Assembly: GCA_963727255.1 (NCBI GenBank)
Contig: CAVSFC010000002.1
Location: 448,001 to 512,000 of the forward strand
DNA: 64,000 bases
Direction: 5' to 3'
From: an uncultured bacterium
Lineage (GTDB): Bacteria > Babelota > Babeliae > Babelales > Vermiphilaceae
The notes beneath the pieces were generated by a model, which had not been told where the DNA came from, did not search any database, and saw only the letters and a program-made list of their open reading frames with translations. Shown here in pieces: positions 54,079-64,000 of this stretch. The translations under genes and the position numbers were made by a program. The number at the start of each line of letters is the position of its first letter. Positions within the stretch are counted from its first letter, which is position 1.

Positions 54079-54489
54079 TTATTTTTGTATATGTACAACT
54101 GTAGGTTCGGAACCGGTAACAATATCAATCATAGAATTCATGGCTAAAATGCAAAAATGTTTCATCATATAATCTTTTGATATGCCTTCAGATTCTTCAT
54201 TGAGCCATTCCAAGTATTTTGAATCTTTAATTTTAAAAAATGTCCAATTTCCATAAAAGTTAGAGCCATAAGTCTTATCAAGATAGCTTATAGTTTGTAT
54301 TAAGAAGCTATCACTAGTACTTCGATAGGCTCGAATTGTATCCGGAAACGACACTAGAACTTTTTCTTCGGTATTGTTTTCCTCGGACAATAGAATTTTG
54401 AATCCATTTATATTATCTATTATTGATTCTACGTAATATTTTTTTGAAAGCTTAGGAATTGGCTCCCATCTGATCCATTTCTCTTCCAT
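54079..54489 (-). CDS. Hypothetical protein, immunity-like (paralog 2)
   Basis: MEEKWIRWEP..FFKI..S.YLEWL..HFCI. Confidence 0.6.
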   Translation of the reverse strand: MEEKWIRWEPIPKLSKKYYVESIIDNINGFKILLSEENNTEEKVLVSFPDTIRAYRSTSDSFLIQTISYLDKTYGSNFYGNWTFFKIKDSKYLEWLNEESEGISKDYMMKHFCILAMNSMIDIVTGSEPTVVHIQK

Positions 54490-54547
54490 GGAAATTTCCT
54501 TTTAATAAGACTCGGAGAATTTCGATTTTAATAAAAGTACTTTTTAA

Positions 54548-54985
54548 TTAATAATCATTTTTTGGATTATATTCGCCTTCTAGCGCATGGAGCTCGTAAA
54601 TGAAATAATCTGCTATAAGACTTAACATAAGATTAATGAATTTGACTTTCTCGGGCTTGTTTTTTCTTGTGAGGGGATCTTCAAAAGTAATATTTTTAAA
54701 ATGACATCCTAATCCGAGCTCATCGGCTTTAGGAGAATATGCATGTTCAAATATAATTGAGAAGCAAACCGAATCGGTTTTAGTTTTAATTTCTAGCTTT
54801 GATTGCCTATTGGGAGTTCTGATGCTTGCAATTATTTGATCGATAGTAAGTTCGTTAGAATCTTCATGAATGTTATGGTTAAAATATTTTAAGCCTAGTC
54901 TATGTCCACGCTCTAAGAAAAAGCGAATATTTTCTTGTTCAAAAGAGGCTCTGATTATTGTAATAATATTAAAATTTGAATGCAT
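54548..54985 (-). CDS. Hypothetical protein
   Basis: Low-GC ORF. Confidence 0.5.
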   Translation of the reverse strand: MHSNFNIITIIRASFEQENIRFFLERGHRLGLKYFNHNIHEDSNELTIDQIIASIRTPNRQSKLEIKTKTDSVCFSIIFEHAYSPKADELGLGCHFKNITFEDPLTRKNKPEKVKFINLMLSLIADYFIYELHALEGEYNPKNDY

Positions 54986-54995
54986 TAAAGTCTCT

Positions 54996-55427
54996 TTAGG
55001 GTTTGCAAAATTCAACATGTAGTTGTTCTATGCCAAAGGGCTCTAGCCATTTAAGTATAAAATTTAAATAAAAGGAAATATCAACATCTTGAGCATTGTC
55101 GGGTGAATAATTTCTTTCTAATAAATTTTCAGAAGTAAATCCGAGCCATAAAGTGATTGTTGGGTCTTCGCTGCTAATTGACATATCTATATCGGTATTT
55201 TTAAAAATAATGCTGACGAATTTGTTTTCGCTGAGATCTTGATTTAATATTTCTATAACTTGATGGATTGTTAAAAAAGTTTTTTTATCTGTTTCAATGC
55301 ATTTCTTCCAGTCAACATATTCAGAGTTGAAGCTGCGCCCGTAATTAAGAATTTTCTCTAAATTATTGTTAGTTTTGAGAATATTTAATTTTATTTCTAT
55401 ATAAAAAAATCTACCAGGTGAAATCAT
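54996..55427 (-). CDS. Hypothetical protein
   Basis: Low-GC 143 aa ORF. Confidence 0.5.
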   Translation of the reverse strand: MISPGRFFYIEIKLNILKTNNNLEKILNYGRSFNSEYVDWKKCIETDKKTFLTIHQVIEILNQDLSENKFVSIIFKNTDIDMSISSEDPTITLWLGFTSENLLERNYSPDNAQDVDISFYLNFILKWLEPFGIEQLHVEFCKP

Positions 55428-55458
55428 TAATTATCCTTCGAAAAATTTTATGCCATTC

Positions 55459-55899
55459 TCACTGAGCCATTTTTGTAATTTTTCTTGCATAGTTTTCCTT
55501 ATTTAATGCCATCTGAGTTCCTGGCGTAGATTCTATATGAGATAGTAAATGGCCCAGTTTATGAAAATCATGATGCATACCCGCAGCATCAAGTTGCTTT
55601 AAAAAATCGGGCTTTATTATGATGCCGGTTTTTATAGAAACTTCTTGTAATAGAGATTGAGTTGACGGGTTGATGAGTATCTGGACATACGCAGATTCTT
55701 CTGCCTTTGATGGAAAATGAGGTTTAACATCCACATAGTGGGATGCTACTAAGGCCATACTCAGAAATGATTGGATGGCGATTTCAAAGGCTTGCTGTAT
55801 CATTGGAATGACTATTGCCAATGGCGTAGCAAAAATTGATATAGATGAGAATATGAGAATGATACTGATCAGAAATCGATTGCGTTTCGGTTGTTTCAT
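55459..55899 (-). CDS. Exported hypothetical protein, possibly truncated
   Basis: Signal peptide; AAGGAG RBS. Confidence 0.5.
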   Translation of the reverse strand: MKQPKRNRFLISIILIFSSISIFATPLAIVIPMIQQAFEIAIQSFLSMALVASHYVDVKPHFPSKAEESAYVQILINPSTQSLLQEVSIKTGIIIKPDFLKQLDAAGMHHDFHKLGHLLSHIESTPGTQMALNKENYARKITKMAQ

Positions 55900-55979
55900 C
55901 TAGCTCCTTCATACCTGCAATAAAAACATTCTTATAAATGTAATGGTATTTTATTGATTTACAACATGAAGTTAAAACT

Positions 55980-56011
55980 CAAAAAAAAGAGGCATCAGAA
56001 ATGATGCCTCT
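55980..56011 (-). terminator. Intrinsic terminator
   Basis: AGAGGCATCA-GAAA-TGATGCCTCT with A tract on the left. Confidence 0.7.
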
Positions 56012-56036
56012 AAGAAGACTTGGATAAATATTAATG

Positions 56037-56993
56037 TTATCGCTGAATGAAACTTTTTTTATTCTTCAATGCATCATCTACAATCTTTTTTGAAGGTTGG
56101 CATTGCGCCAAGATTGCATCGCCTTGTGCTGCGAAGGTTGAATTATGCGGTAAACCACATTTTTTATAGAATGCTTGCACCGTATTTAAATAAGTGGGTG
56201 CATCATCATTTTCTAATAAATAGGCATGTGAACCTTTATCAAGCAACAAGAAATAAACATTTTGATGCCCGCAATCGCGCAATTTAAAATAGATCGATGC
56301 GCTGTTTGCGGCAGGAATTAGCGTATCTTCTAATGATGCAATAATTAAAAGCGGCAATTCTTTATTGATATTATGTGCCACTTTAATGGGGAATACTCCT
56401 TTGGCATCATACTTGCTAAAAAAGAGATTGGGAGATGTATGCCGAATGAGCAACGGTATCCAATCAACGCCGGCGATTTTGCATAGTGTGTCCAACGTTT
56501 CAATAACAGAATCAAAGGGTGATTCAACAACTGCCGCAACAATTGATCGTGCAGTGCGAGTTCCTAAAAAATTAAGAATCGTAGATGCCCCTCGAGACAT
56601 GCCCACGAGCACAACTTTATTATGTTTAATTTTTTCATACTCATTCGCAAGAGTTTGTATCTCATTTTCTTGCGCTAAGCTTGTTTGAGTGCCATCAAAG
56701 CCCCGAATAGCATCGGGAAAATTAAAAGTATAGAATGGATCTTTAATGATTCCAAAAAAATCATCAGTAGGATTGAGCAATTGCCAGATATGTTTATGTC
56801 CTGATTTAGTTTGTGCATGCAGCTGATCGTTTAGAATTTGAAATGAGATATCCGGCAGTTGAGCATAATAGCGCGCAAGATTCTGATTCGCATACAGTCC
56901 ATGAGCAAAAAGATATACAATCTCATCAGCTACTGCGTTTTGAGAGCCAAATAAGCAAAATACGAGCGCAATCGATCTCATTATTTTTTGCAT
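56037..56993 (-). CDS. Exported alpha/beta hydrolase
   Basis: FAHGL, VGMSRGA, ESPF, SLEDTLIP, GSH. Confidence 0.75.
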   Translation of the reverse strand: MQKIMRSIALVFCLFGSQNAVADEIVYLFAHGLYANQNLARYYAQLPDISFQILNDQLHAQTKSGHKHIWQLLNPTDDFFGIIKDPFYTFNFPDAIRGFDGTQTSLAQENEIQTLANEYEKIKHNKVVLVGMSRGASTILNFLGTRTARSIVAAVVESPFDSVIETLDTLCKIAGVDWIPLLIRHTSPNLFFSKYDAKGVFPIKVAHNINKELPLLIIASLEDTLIPAANSASIYFKLRDCGHQNVYFLLLDKGSHAYLLENDDAPTYLNTVQAFYKKCGLPHNSTFAAQGDAILAQCQPSKKIVDDALKNKKSFIQR

Positions 56994-57754
56994 GACCGTT
57001 CTCCTTCTTCTATCGCTATAGTATACGGTAGCGATTGTTCTGAGGAGGCGTCAATTAATCTTATTTTGAAAGAGGAATTATAGCATTTATGGGGCACAAA
57101 TAAAAGGGTGTTTAGTGAAGTGCCCGATTCAATAATAGTCGGCTTGTGCAATGATTTTTGCAAAATATCGCGCTGTATAGAAGTGTTAGTAGTTAAAGCC
57201 TGATTGCCTTGGTTATAGCAAATATAGGGAGTACCCGCAGCTACCATTCCTGCAATGCCAAGCCCGGCATACCCGCCTTTTACGAGCGCCGGAATAGAAC
57301 CAATTGCACCAAGAATACTGATGTATGCAGCAGCCAGAAAGACTGTTCCCGTACACAAGGTTCCAAGAATAAGGGGTACAATGATTCTGCGAGAAGTATG
57401 GGAATAGAGCCGTTGCGCAACCATTTTAGGATTGATCAATTTTAAACCGATGCAGCCGGGATCTAAAATAAGATTTTTTTGGCTTTTGTTTTCGATGTAT
57501 AAATAAAGAGCGTAGATCGGTTTGCGTTTGTTTAATAATCGGCTCCCTCTGCCATCAAAAAGTATATGAGTTTCTTGTTTGTTCAAAAGTTTGCAATGAA
57601 CTGTAACATTATTTTGAGTTTGCAAAGAGGCGTTATTTAAACGAATTTCTTGAAGAGATTTGGGGTGATACGCAGGCTGTTTACAGCCGGGCAAAAGTAA
57701 AACTATGCCGGTAATTACCAGCACAAGTATAGGTTTTAAGAATGTATTGAACAT
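56981..57754 (-). CDS. Putative lipoprotein
   Basis: LLLPGC lipobox-like. Confidence 0.55.
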   Translation of the reverse strand: MFNTFLKPILVLVITGIVLLLPGCKQPAYHPKSLQEIRLNNASLQTQNNVTVHCKLLNKQETHILFDGRGSRLLNKRKPIYALYLYIENKSQKNLILDPGCIGLKLINPKMVAQRLYSHTSRRIIVPLILGTLCTGTVFLAAAYISILGAIGSIPALVKGGYAGLGIAGMVAAGTPYICYNQGNQALTTNTSIQRDILQKSLHKPTIIESGTSLNTLLFVPHKCYNSSFKIRLIDASSEQSLPYTIAIEEGERSCKK

Positions 57755-58016
57755 AACCCCTCCTGCGATGAAAAAAGCAATAAAATCACAGGTTTATTGA
57801 AAAAAGTCGACCTGATATAAGAATAGTATAATTGCCATGATTGTCAATTTAAATTTCAAATTGATTAGCCAGATTGAAAATTTAAAAAATCCGAATGGAT
57901 TGGCCATTTGCCCGCTTTTAATAATTTCAACTAGAAAATTCAAAATAGAGAAAGTCGATTTCTTTTCTTATTCATTCAGGTATGGTTATATCAAACCATT
58001 AGTTAAAGGATTGCAA

Positions 58017-59250
58017 ATGGGTAGCATAGATTTCTTGTATGATCACGCGTTAGTGCCGGCTGATCAGATTTCAAAAAGTATACAGGCGCTTGAACCTCTC
58101 ATTAATAAGGTTCCTTCGCTGGAGGTTTCCAGGGTTGTTCACGATGCAAAAGTGCTCGCATCGGTGCAAAAGCTGGCAGAGAAAAAGATTAAACATAATC
58201 CGGCCCTGATGATTGTGGTTGGAATCGGCGGCTCAAGCCTTGGCGCGCAGGCAGTGTATGATGCTCTCTATGGTAAAGAAGGCAACCAGCATTTTCCGCT
58301 ATTATTTTGCCGATACGGTTGATAGTGATTATATCCATGCTTTGCTGCAGCGGGCTGAGCATGCATTAAAAAATAAAAGAAATATTCTTATTAGTGTTAT
58401 CAGCAAATCAGGAACCACTACCGAGACTATCGCAAATTTTGAATGCTTTTTGGAATTACTCAAAAGATATCATCCGAATACCTATCATGAATTTGTGGTT
58501 GCCATTACTGATGAGGGTTCTGCACTTTGGAATCTTGCTGCAATAGAGAAATTTGATCGGTTAGCAATTCCGGCTGCAATTGGTGGCAGATATTCAGTAT
58601 TGAGTCCCGTGGGATTATTCCCATTGTGCTTCGCGCAAGTTGATATTGAAGAATTAATTAAAGGAACGCTTGCTGCTGATGCACTTCGAGCTGCAACAAG
58701 TGCAAGCATCATCGCATATCATTATGACAAAGGGAAAAACATTCATGATTTTTTTGTTTTTGATACTGCGCTCCAATCACTGGGCAAATGGTATCGCCAA
58801 TTGATGGGTGAGAGCCTTGGCAAAGCTGGCAAAGGAATTACCCCAACCGTTTCGGTCGGGAGCACCGATCTGCATTCAGTTGCGCAGCTTTATTTGGGCG
58901 GCCCGCATGATAAAACAACAACATTTATGTATGTCACTCATGCAAAACATGATATAAAAATTCCCACCATGAACGAATATGATGCGCTGGTGCCCCATTT
59001 GCAGGGCAAATCGTTGGCTGCTGTGATGCAAGCAATTTTCCAGGGGACACAAAAAGCGTATGCGCAAAGCAAGATCCCGTATATTACTTACATGCTTCCA
59101 AAAAAAAGTGCATTCTATATAGGGCAATTTTTACAATCCCAAATGATTGAAATGATTATGCTTGGGCATTTGCTTGAAGTGAATCCATTTGATCAGCCGC
59201 AGGTAGAATTATATAAAACTCAGACAAGAAAGATTTTGGCAAATGAATGA
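58017..59250 (+). CDS. pgi: Glucose-6-phosphate isomerase (one frameshift)
   Basis: VGIGGSSLG, SKSGTT.ET, GGRYSVLS, QLMGESLGK, DLHS, NPFDQPQVE. Confidence 0.93.
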
Positions 59251-60760
59251 TTGTGCAATAGTTTTGCTCGGAGCAACAGGGGATTTGGCAAAGCGTAAAA
59301 TTTTTCCCGGCACTTTATACCCTTTTCGAAAAAAATAAATTGGGTAATTCAATTATTGTTGGCGCTGCACTTTCTGATGTCACAGCTGAGCAGTTGCTCG
59401 AAAACACCAAGAAATTTGTAAGACCAAAAGATGAAATACAATGGCAGGAATTTGGCAAACGTGTTTCATATGTAGCCATTAATTTTTCTCACGAAGGAGA
59501 TTTTAATACGCTCGCCACATTTGTTTCTGCGCAAGAAAAAAAAGCAAAAATCACGGGAAATCGCATTGTGTATTGTGCCACGGCTCCCTATTTTTATTGT
59601 AGCGATTACGCAAGGATTAGCAAAATCGGGCCTAATTAAACGAATGCCCACTGCTAAAATTGACCCTTCGATACGCTCACTTAGTGAGCACTCAGGGCGA
59701 GCGAATAAAAACCCGTTCGTGGTGAGTGATGCCGCAGGCATTGTATCGAACCATATCTTCCAGCGTATCATCTATGAAAAACCATTCGGCCATGATCTTG
59801 AATCTGCGCATGAGATTAATGCATGCATTGCGGAGCATTTTGAAGAGCATCAAATTTTTCGAATTGATCATTATCTCACCAAAGAGCTCGTTGGTAATAT
59901 TGCTTTGGTGCGATTTACCAATATTGTTTTTGAGCCACTTTGGAACAATCGGTATATTGATCAAGTGCAGGTTATTTTTGATGAAGAGCTATGCCTCGAT
60001 GGGCGCGGAGCATTTTATGATAAATATGGTGCACTCGCCGATGTGATGCAAAATCATATGATGCAATTGGTTGCATTAATCGGCATGGAACCGCCGGAAA
60101 AATTAACGGGAGACTATATTCGCACCGAGCGGGCAAAAGTGTTGCAAAAAGTAAAGGTTGTGGATGCGTTGCTGGGCCAATATGATGGCTATCACCAAGA
60201 AAATGGAGTTGCGCCCGATTCAAAAACAGAAACATTTGCGCAAGTCTACTTGCGAATAGAAAATCCGCGTTGGGCCGGGGTGCCATTTTATTTAAAAGCA
60301 GGCAAATGTTTGGATAAAAAAGAGACTGCCATTTATATCAAATTTAAGCATGTTGATTGTTTGCTCTCCAAAGCATGCCCGAGTGAAACTAATAGTTTGA
60401 CGATCGAAATTAGCCCCAATCCGCTCTTTGCACTTACGTTAAATGCAAAAGTTCCGGGCAAAAGTGATGAGGTAACGCCGGTGCAAATGACAGTTTGAGA
60501 CTGGTGCCTTTGGCAATCAGAGTCCGGAAGCATATGAAACACTTTTTGAGGAAATTTTAAAAGGTGAGCAATCGGTATCAGTTCGTTTTGATGAGATTGA
60601 ATATGCATGGAAAATTATTGATGCAATTCGTGCACTTAAACCAGCCCTTTATACCTATGAACATGGATCAAAGGGGCCGCAAGAATCAGTTGCTCAGTTT
60701 GAAAAAAAACATGGAATGCGTTGGGTAAATTTATCTAAAGCCGGAGGAACAAAAAAATGA
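59243..60760 (+). CDS. zwf: Glucose-6-phosphate 1-dehydrogenase (frameshifts; contains in-frame repeat insertion)
   Basis: GATGDLAKRK, EKPFGHD, RIDHYL, DVMQNH, RWAGVPF. Confidence 0.93.
59663..59753. repeat. Family-A repeat doublet inserted in frame in zwf
   Basis: ACCCTTCGATAC..CACTCAGGGCGAGCG and CCGTTCGTGGTGAGT..TATCGAACCA, matching 33740-33830. Confidence 0.9.
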
Positions 60761-61659
60761 AATTAGGGGTAATCGGTCTGGGGCGCATGGGTGCTGCAAT
60801 TGCCCATCGGGCCTTAAAAGCAGGCCATTGTGCATTAGGATATGATCCAAATAGTACAATTCAAAAAGAGTTACAAGAATCAGGAATTCAAATGTATGAA
60901 TCGCCCGACGCGCTCGCACAAGAAGCGGACGTGATCTGGCTCATGGTGCCTTCGGGCAAAATAGTGGATATAGCACTTGCGCATATAATGCATGCGGCAA
61001 AAAAAGATGCCATTATTATTGATGGGGGCAATAGCAATTTTGTTGATTCAGTGCGCCGCGCAAAAGAACTCGCATCAAAAGGAATGCATTTTCTTGATTG
61101 TGGCACTTCCGGTGGCATTCATGGAGAAAAGCATGGTTTTTGTTTGATGGTCGGCGGCAATTTTGAAATCGTATCAAAAAATTGAGCCATTGCTTAAAGC
61201 AATCGCTTGCAAAGATGGCTGCGCTTACGTTGGGCCATCAGGCGCCGGGCATTATGTGAAAATGATTCACAATGGCATTGAATATGGCATACTGGAAGCC
61301 TATGCAGAAGGATTTCATCTCTTGCGCGAGGGCGCATTATAAAGATCTTGATCTGGAAGCAGATATCAAAATTATGGTTGCATGGTGCAGTGATTCGCTC
61401 CTGGTTGCTTGAACTTGCGCATGATGTGTTTAAAGAAGATCAAAATTTTGCCAGTGTTGATGGCAAAATTCAAGAAGGAGGCACCGGTGCATGGACGGTT
61501 GAGAATGCTCATAAAAATAAAATTCCGGTTCCGGTGATTGAAGCATCATTAAAGGTGCGGGCTGAATCACGCAAAACCGGTGGCAATTTTGCAACTAAAT
61601 TGATTCAAATGTTACGGAATGCTTTTGGCGGTCATAGTGTTCAAAGAAAACCGTATTAA
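60757..61659 (+). CDS. gnd: 6-phosphogluconate dehydrogenase, short type (frameshifts)
   Basis: GLGRMG, IDGGNS, DCGTSGG, GHYVKMIHNGIEYG, LRNAFGGH. Confidence 0.92.
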
Positions 61660-61750
61660 TAATTTTGCTTGTTAGTTCATCGCAGGTATAAAATAATTTT
61701 TCATATATAGTTTCGTTGCGCCTCCGGCGCGTGGGCAACGGGGGTTTTCA

Positions 61751-62246
61751 TGCAAAAAATTATAATGCGGCTCCGCGCCGCGTGCGGCAGGGATGTTTTC
61801 ACAAACACCCCTGCACCCCGTGCTCCAAGGCTGCGCCTTTGGAATCCCTTCATTTCGCTTATACGCCGGCCACTACCGCGCTCAAAACGCGCTCGAGCTC
61901 GGCGACTAAGCTCATAAGAATTACATGAATAATTTTTCCTAAAGTTGTATGCGGCTTGTATGAAAAGCAACTAAAATTTTTTTGTATTTTCCGGTAAGGC
62001 GTCAGCTAACCGCTGCCGGGACATAGTCCCAAAGCGGGTTAACCCGATTGGTGAAACCAAGAGGGCCGCAAGGGCTTACGCCGCCTTTAAGGGATGCCTA
62101 AGGGATTTTCCCTTAGGTGCAACTTGGGGTCCAGGGGGCTTTTTGCACAAAAGCCCCTTGGCCATGCGCTGGAAGCGCAAAAAGAAAAACTTTGTGAAAA
62201 CCTTCCTGGCGCATGCGGCGCGGAGCCGCATTTTATTTTTTTTGCA
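61751..62246 (+). other. Structured non-coding element with 55-bp terminal inverted repeats
   Basis: 61751-61805 is the reverse complement of 62191-62246 with few mismatches; many GC-rich hairpins inside. Confidence 0.75.
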
Positions 62247-62306
62247 AAAATACCAGACTATATGAGATAATTTAAAAAATTATATTTTGAACAAAAAGGA
62301 GTTCGC

Positions 62307-62933
62307 GTGAAAATTTATGATATTAGTTGGCCGATTAGTACTGCAACCACCGGATACAAAGATAAAAAAGTAGTAAATTTCCAACCGGTAAAATCGATTG
62401 ACAAAGATAATGTTCGCGAAACAACAATAACACTTGATTCACACACGGGCACGCATATAGATGCGCCATCCCATTTTATTCGTGACGGCAAAACGATCGA
62501 TCAAATTGAGCTATCGAGTATCATTGGGCCATGCAAAGTTTTTGACATGTCAGTTGTTAATGATGGTATCACCCGCGATCACTTAGAAAATTTAGAAATT
62601 TCTGCCGGTGATATTGTATTATTCAAAACAAATAATAGCGCCAATCAACCGACTGATAAATTTACGCCCCACTTTATTTATCTAGAAATTTCAGGCGCGC
62701 AATTATTGGTGCAACGCAAAGTGCGCGCAGTGGGCATCGATTATTTGGGAATTGAGCGGAGCCAGCAGGGCCATTTAACCCATCAGGAATTATTTAAAAA
62801 TAATATCACGATCATTGAAGGCTTGCGTCTGCAGACTATTAAGCAAGGCAAGTATTTTTTATGTTGCCTGCCATTGTATACGATTGGCCTCGAAGCAGCG
62901 CCGGCTCGTGCAGTGCTGCTTGAGGGAATCTGA
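62307..62933 (+). CDS. Cyclase family (kynurenine formamidase-like) protein
   Basis: HTGTHIDAPSH, VGIDYL, IIEGL, APARAV. Confidence 0.9.
   Translation: MKIYDISWPISTATTGYKDKKVVNFQPVKSIDKDNVRETTITLDSHTGTHIDAPSHFIRDGKTIDQIELSSIIGPCKVFDMSVVNDGITRDHLENLEISAGDIVLFKTNNSANQPTDKFTPHFIYLEISGAQLLVQRKVRAVGIDYLGIERSQQGHLTHQELFKNNITIIEGLRLQTIKQGKYFLCCLPLYTIGLEAAPARAVLLEGI
62869..62933 (+). repeat. 65-bp direct repeat, copy 1 (cyclase 3' end)
   Basis: Matches 63618-63682. Confidence 0.9.
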
Positions 62934-62934
62934 A

Positions 62935-63297
62935 TCATACTTCGAATTGTTTAATAATTCGGACGGCTTTTTCAGTTACGAGCACAAAATTATTGGATAA
63001 ATCATTTGAAGTATAGTTTTTTAGAATATTTTGCATAAATAAAATTAAATTATTGGGTCGATCGTTTGTCAAGCGAAATAAAATAATCCCAGCATGTTTC
63101 ATTTTATGCCGAAATATCATTTCTCCAAAATCTTTATCGCACGTGATTAGTATTCTTTGTTCTTGTATCGCATTTTCTAATACGATTGAATCGCTAGAGC
63201 TTTATAATGAATCGTAAACTGATATTGCATCATAATTATTTTGCCTAAGCCATTGAGCGAAGCTTGTGCCAATACACTCATCTACTATAAATCTCAT
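62935..63297 (-). CDS. DUF5615 PIN-like toxin (frameshift)
   Basis: MRFIVDECIG..., RILITCDKDFGEMIF...HAGIILFR. Confidence 0.8.
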
Positions 63298-63306
63298 AGT
63301 TATACT

Positions 63307-63546
63307 TTAGGCTGTTAATGGTACAAATGATGAGCTCTCAACTGCTTTTTGAGCGAAAGCTAAGCATGCTAAGACATCTTCTTTAGTTAACTTGTTATAT
63401 TCTGCAAGAAGATCATCTGTTGTCATGCCTTGGGCAAGCAATCCCAAAATTCTTTCAACAGTTAATCGTGTTCCTTTGATTATTGGTTTACCGACCATGA
63501 TTTTAGGATCGACAATAATTCGATTAAGAAGTTCTCTTGATTCCAT
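63307..63546 (-). CDS. DUF433 antitoxin
   Basis: IIVDPKIMVGKPIIKGTRLTV..G.T..LL.EY..LT.EDV.ACL.FA. Confidence 0.92.
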   Translation of the reverse strand: MESRELLNRIIVDPKIMVGKPIIKGTRLTVERILGLLAQGMTTDDLLAEYNKLTKEDVLACLAFAQKAVESSSFVPLTA

Positions 63547-63617
63547 AGTGGTCCTTTATGATTTTTCTAAGTAATTCTTATTGTGATATAAAAAATCATA
63601 AAAATACAATTTTCTTT

Positions 63618-63682
63618 TGCCATTATATACGATTGGGCTGGAAGCAGCGCCGGCTCGTGCAGTGCTGCTTGAAGGAATTTAG
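63618..63682 (+). repeat. 65-bp direct repeat, copy 2 (orphan cyclase 3' end)
   Basis: Encodes the same PLYTIGLEAAPARAVLLEGI-stop. Confidence 0.9.
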
Positions 63683-63683
63683 T

Positions 63684-64000
63684 TTAGACCAATTTTTTTG
63701 GCATTGCTTCTTCAAGAAGTGGAATAATATAATGATTGTTATATTTTCTTGCTAAGGATAATGCTGTTTCATGATCCGCATTTCTTAACCGAGGGTCTGC
63801 GCCATGTTCAAGAAGATGTTTTACCAATTCAACCGGTTCGCCATTTGTATATACAGCGAGGTCGCATAATAGCGTATTTCCTTGATCGAAGGTATTTGGA
63901 TCAGCATCATAGTGAAGAAAAAGCCAAGAAAGATATTTATGCTTTTTGACATGGAATAAAAAGGGTTGTGGCATAGCTGCCGTTTTAAGATTAGGATTGG
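63684..64000 (-). CDS. Ankyrin-repeat protein, C-terminal part (start outside window)
   Basis: LLEHGADP..N...ETALSLA. Confidence 0.75.
   Translation of the reverse strand, partial: NPNLKTAAMPQPFLFHVKKHKYLSWLFLHYDADPNTFDQGNTLLCDLAVYTNGEPVELVKHLLEHGADPRLRNADHETALSLARKYNNHYIIPLLEEAMPKKLV

Noticed and set aside
57837..58016. N-terminal extension of pgi
   Set aside because: AT-rich intergenic read-through; the RBS supports a start at 58017.
61701..61970. ORFs 61701..61970 and 61716..61928
   Set aside because: Products of the GC-rich palindromic element; atypical composition and no RBS.
62003..62070. Twister ribozyme (UAA..GCC..GUCCCAA..GAGGG words)
   Set aside because: P4 and P1 pairings required by twister cannot be formed; GUCCC pairs locally with GGGAC instead.
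62036..62082. c-di-GMP-I riboswitch
   Set aside because: Only a superficial GAAA/GCAA resemblance; the tetraloop-receptor stem and conserved core are absent.
1..64000. Alternative genetic code explaining split ORFs
   Set aside because: Breaks are frame changes, not consistent in-frame stops; TGA, TAA and TAG all end conserved genes.

Overview
AT-rich bacterial chromosome segment. The gene style suggests a host-associated Candidatus Dependentiae (TM6/Babelota)-like organism; this is an inference from ankyrin proteins, eukaryote-like RING and USP domains and many signal-peptide orphans. Housekeeping genes: mutL, prmC, ftsY, rnhB, rpsF, rpsR, typA, truA, gpmI, rsmE, tsaB, ruvX, murE, hppA, nrdAB, glk and pgi-zwf-gnd. 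Many genes carry frameshifts, most likely consensus errors. Main observations: (1) a small GIY-YIG nuclease gene bracketed by inverted copies of a palindromic repeat, and the same repeat is dispersed across the window, including in frame within zwf and inside mutL, giving a REPtron-like layout with a GIY-YIG enzyme in place of an HUH transposase; (2) a ~500 nt non-coding element with 55-bp terminal inverted repeats around a four-way-junction fold; (3) about 17 exported proteins whose signal peptides end in small residue-Met-(mostly E/D/Q); (4) a DUF433/PIN toxin-antitoxin pair flanked by a synonymously diverged duplicate of the cyclase gene 3' end; (5) a class Ic-type (tyrosyl-radical-less) NrdB; (6) secreted RING E3, USP deubiquitinase and kinase-like proteins; (7) a 6S-like RNA candidate. 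No tRNA, rRNA or CRISPR array was seen. All calls are from manual reading; no searches were run.
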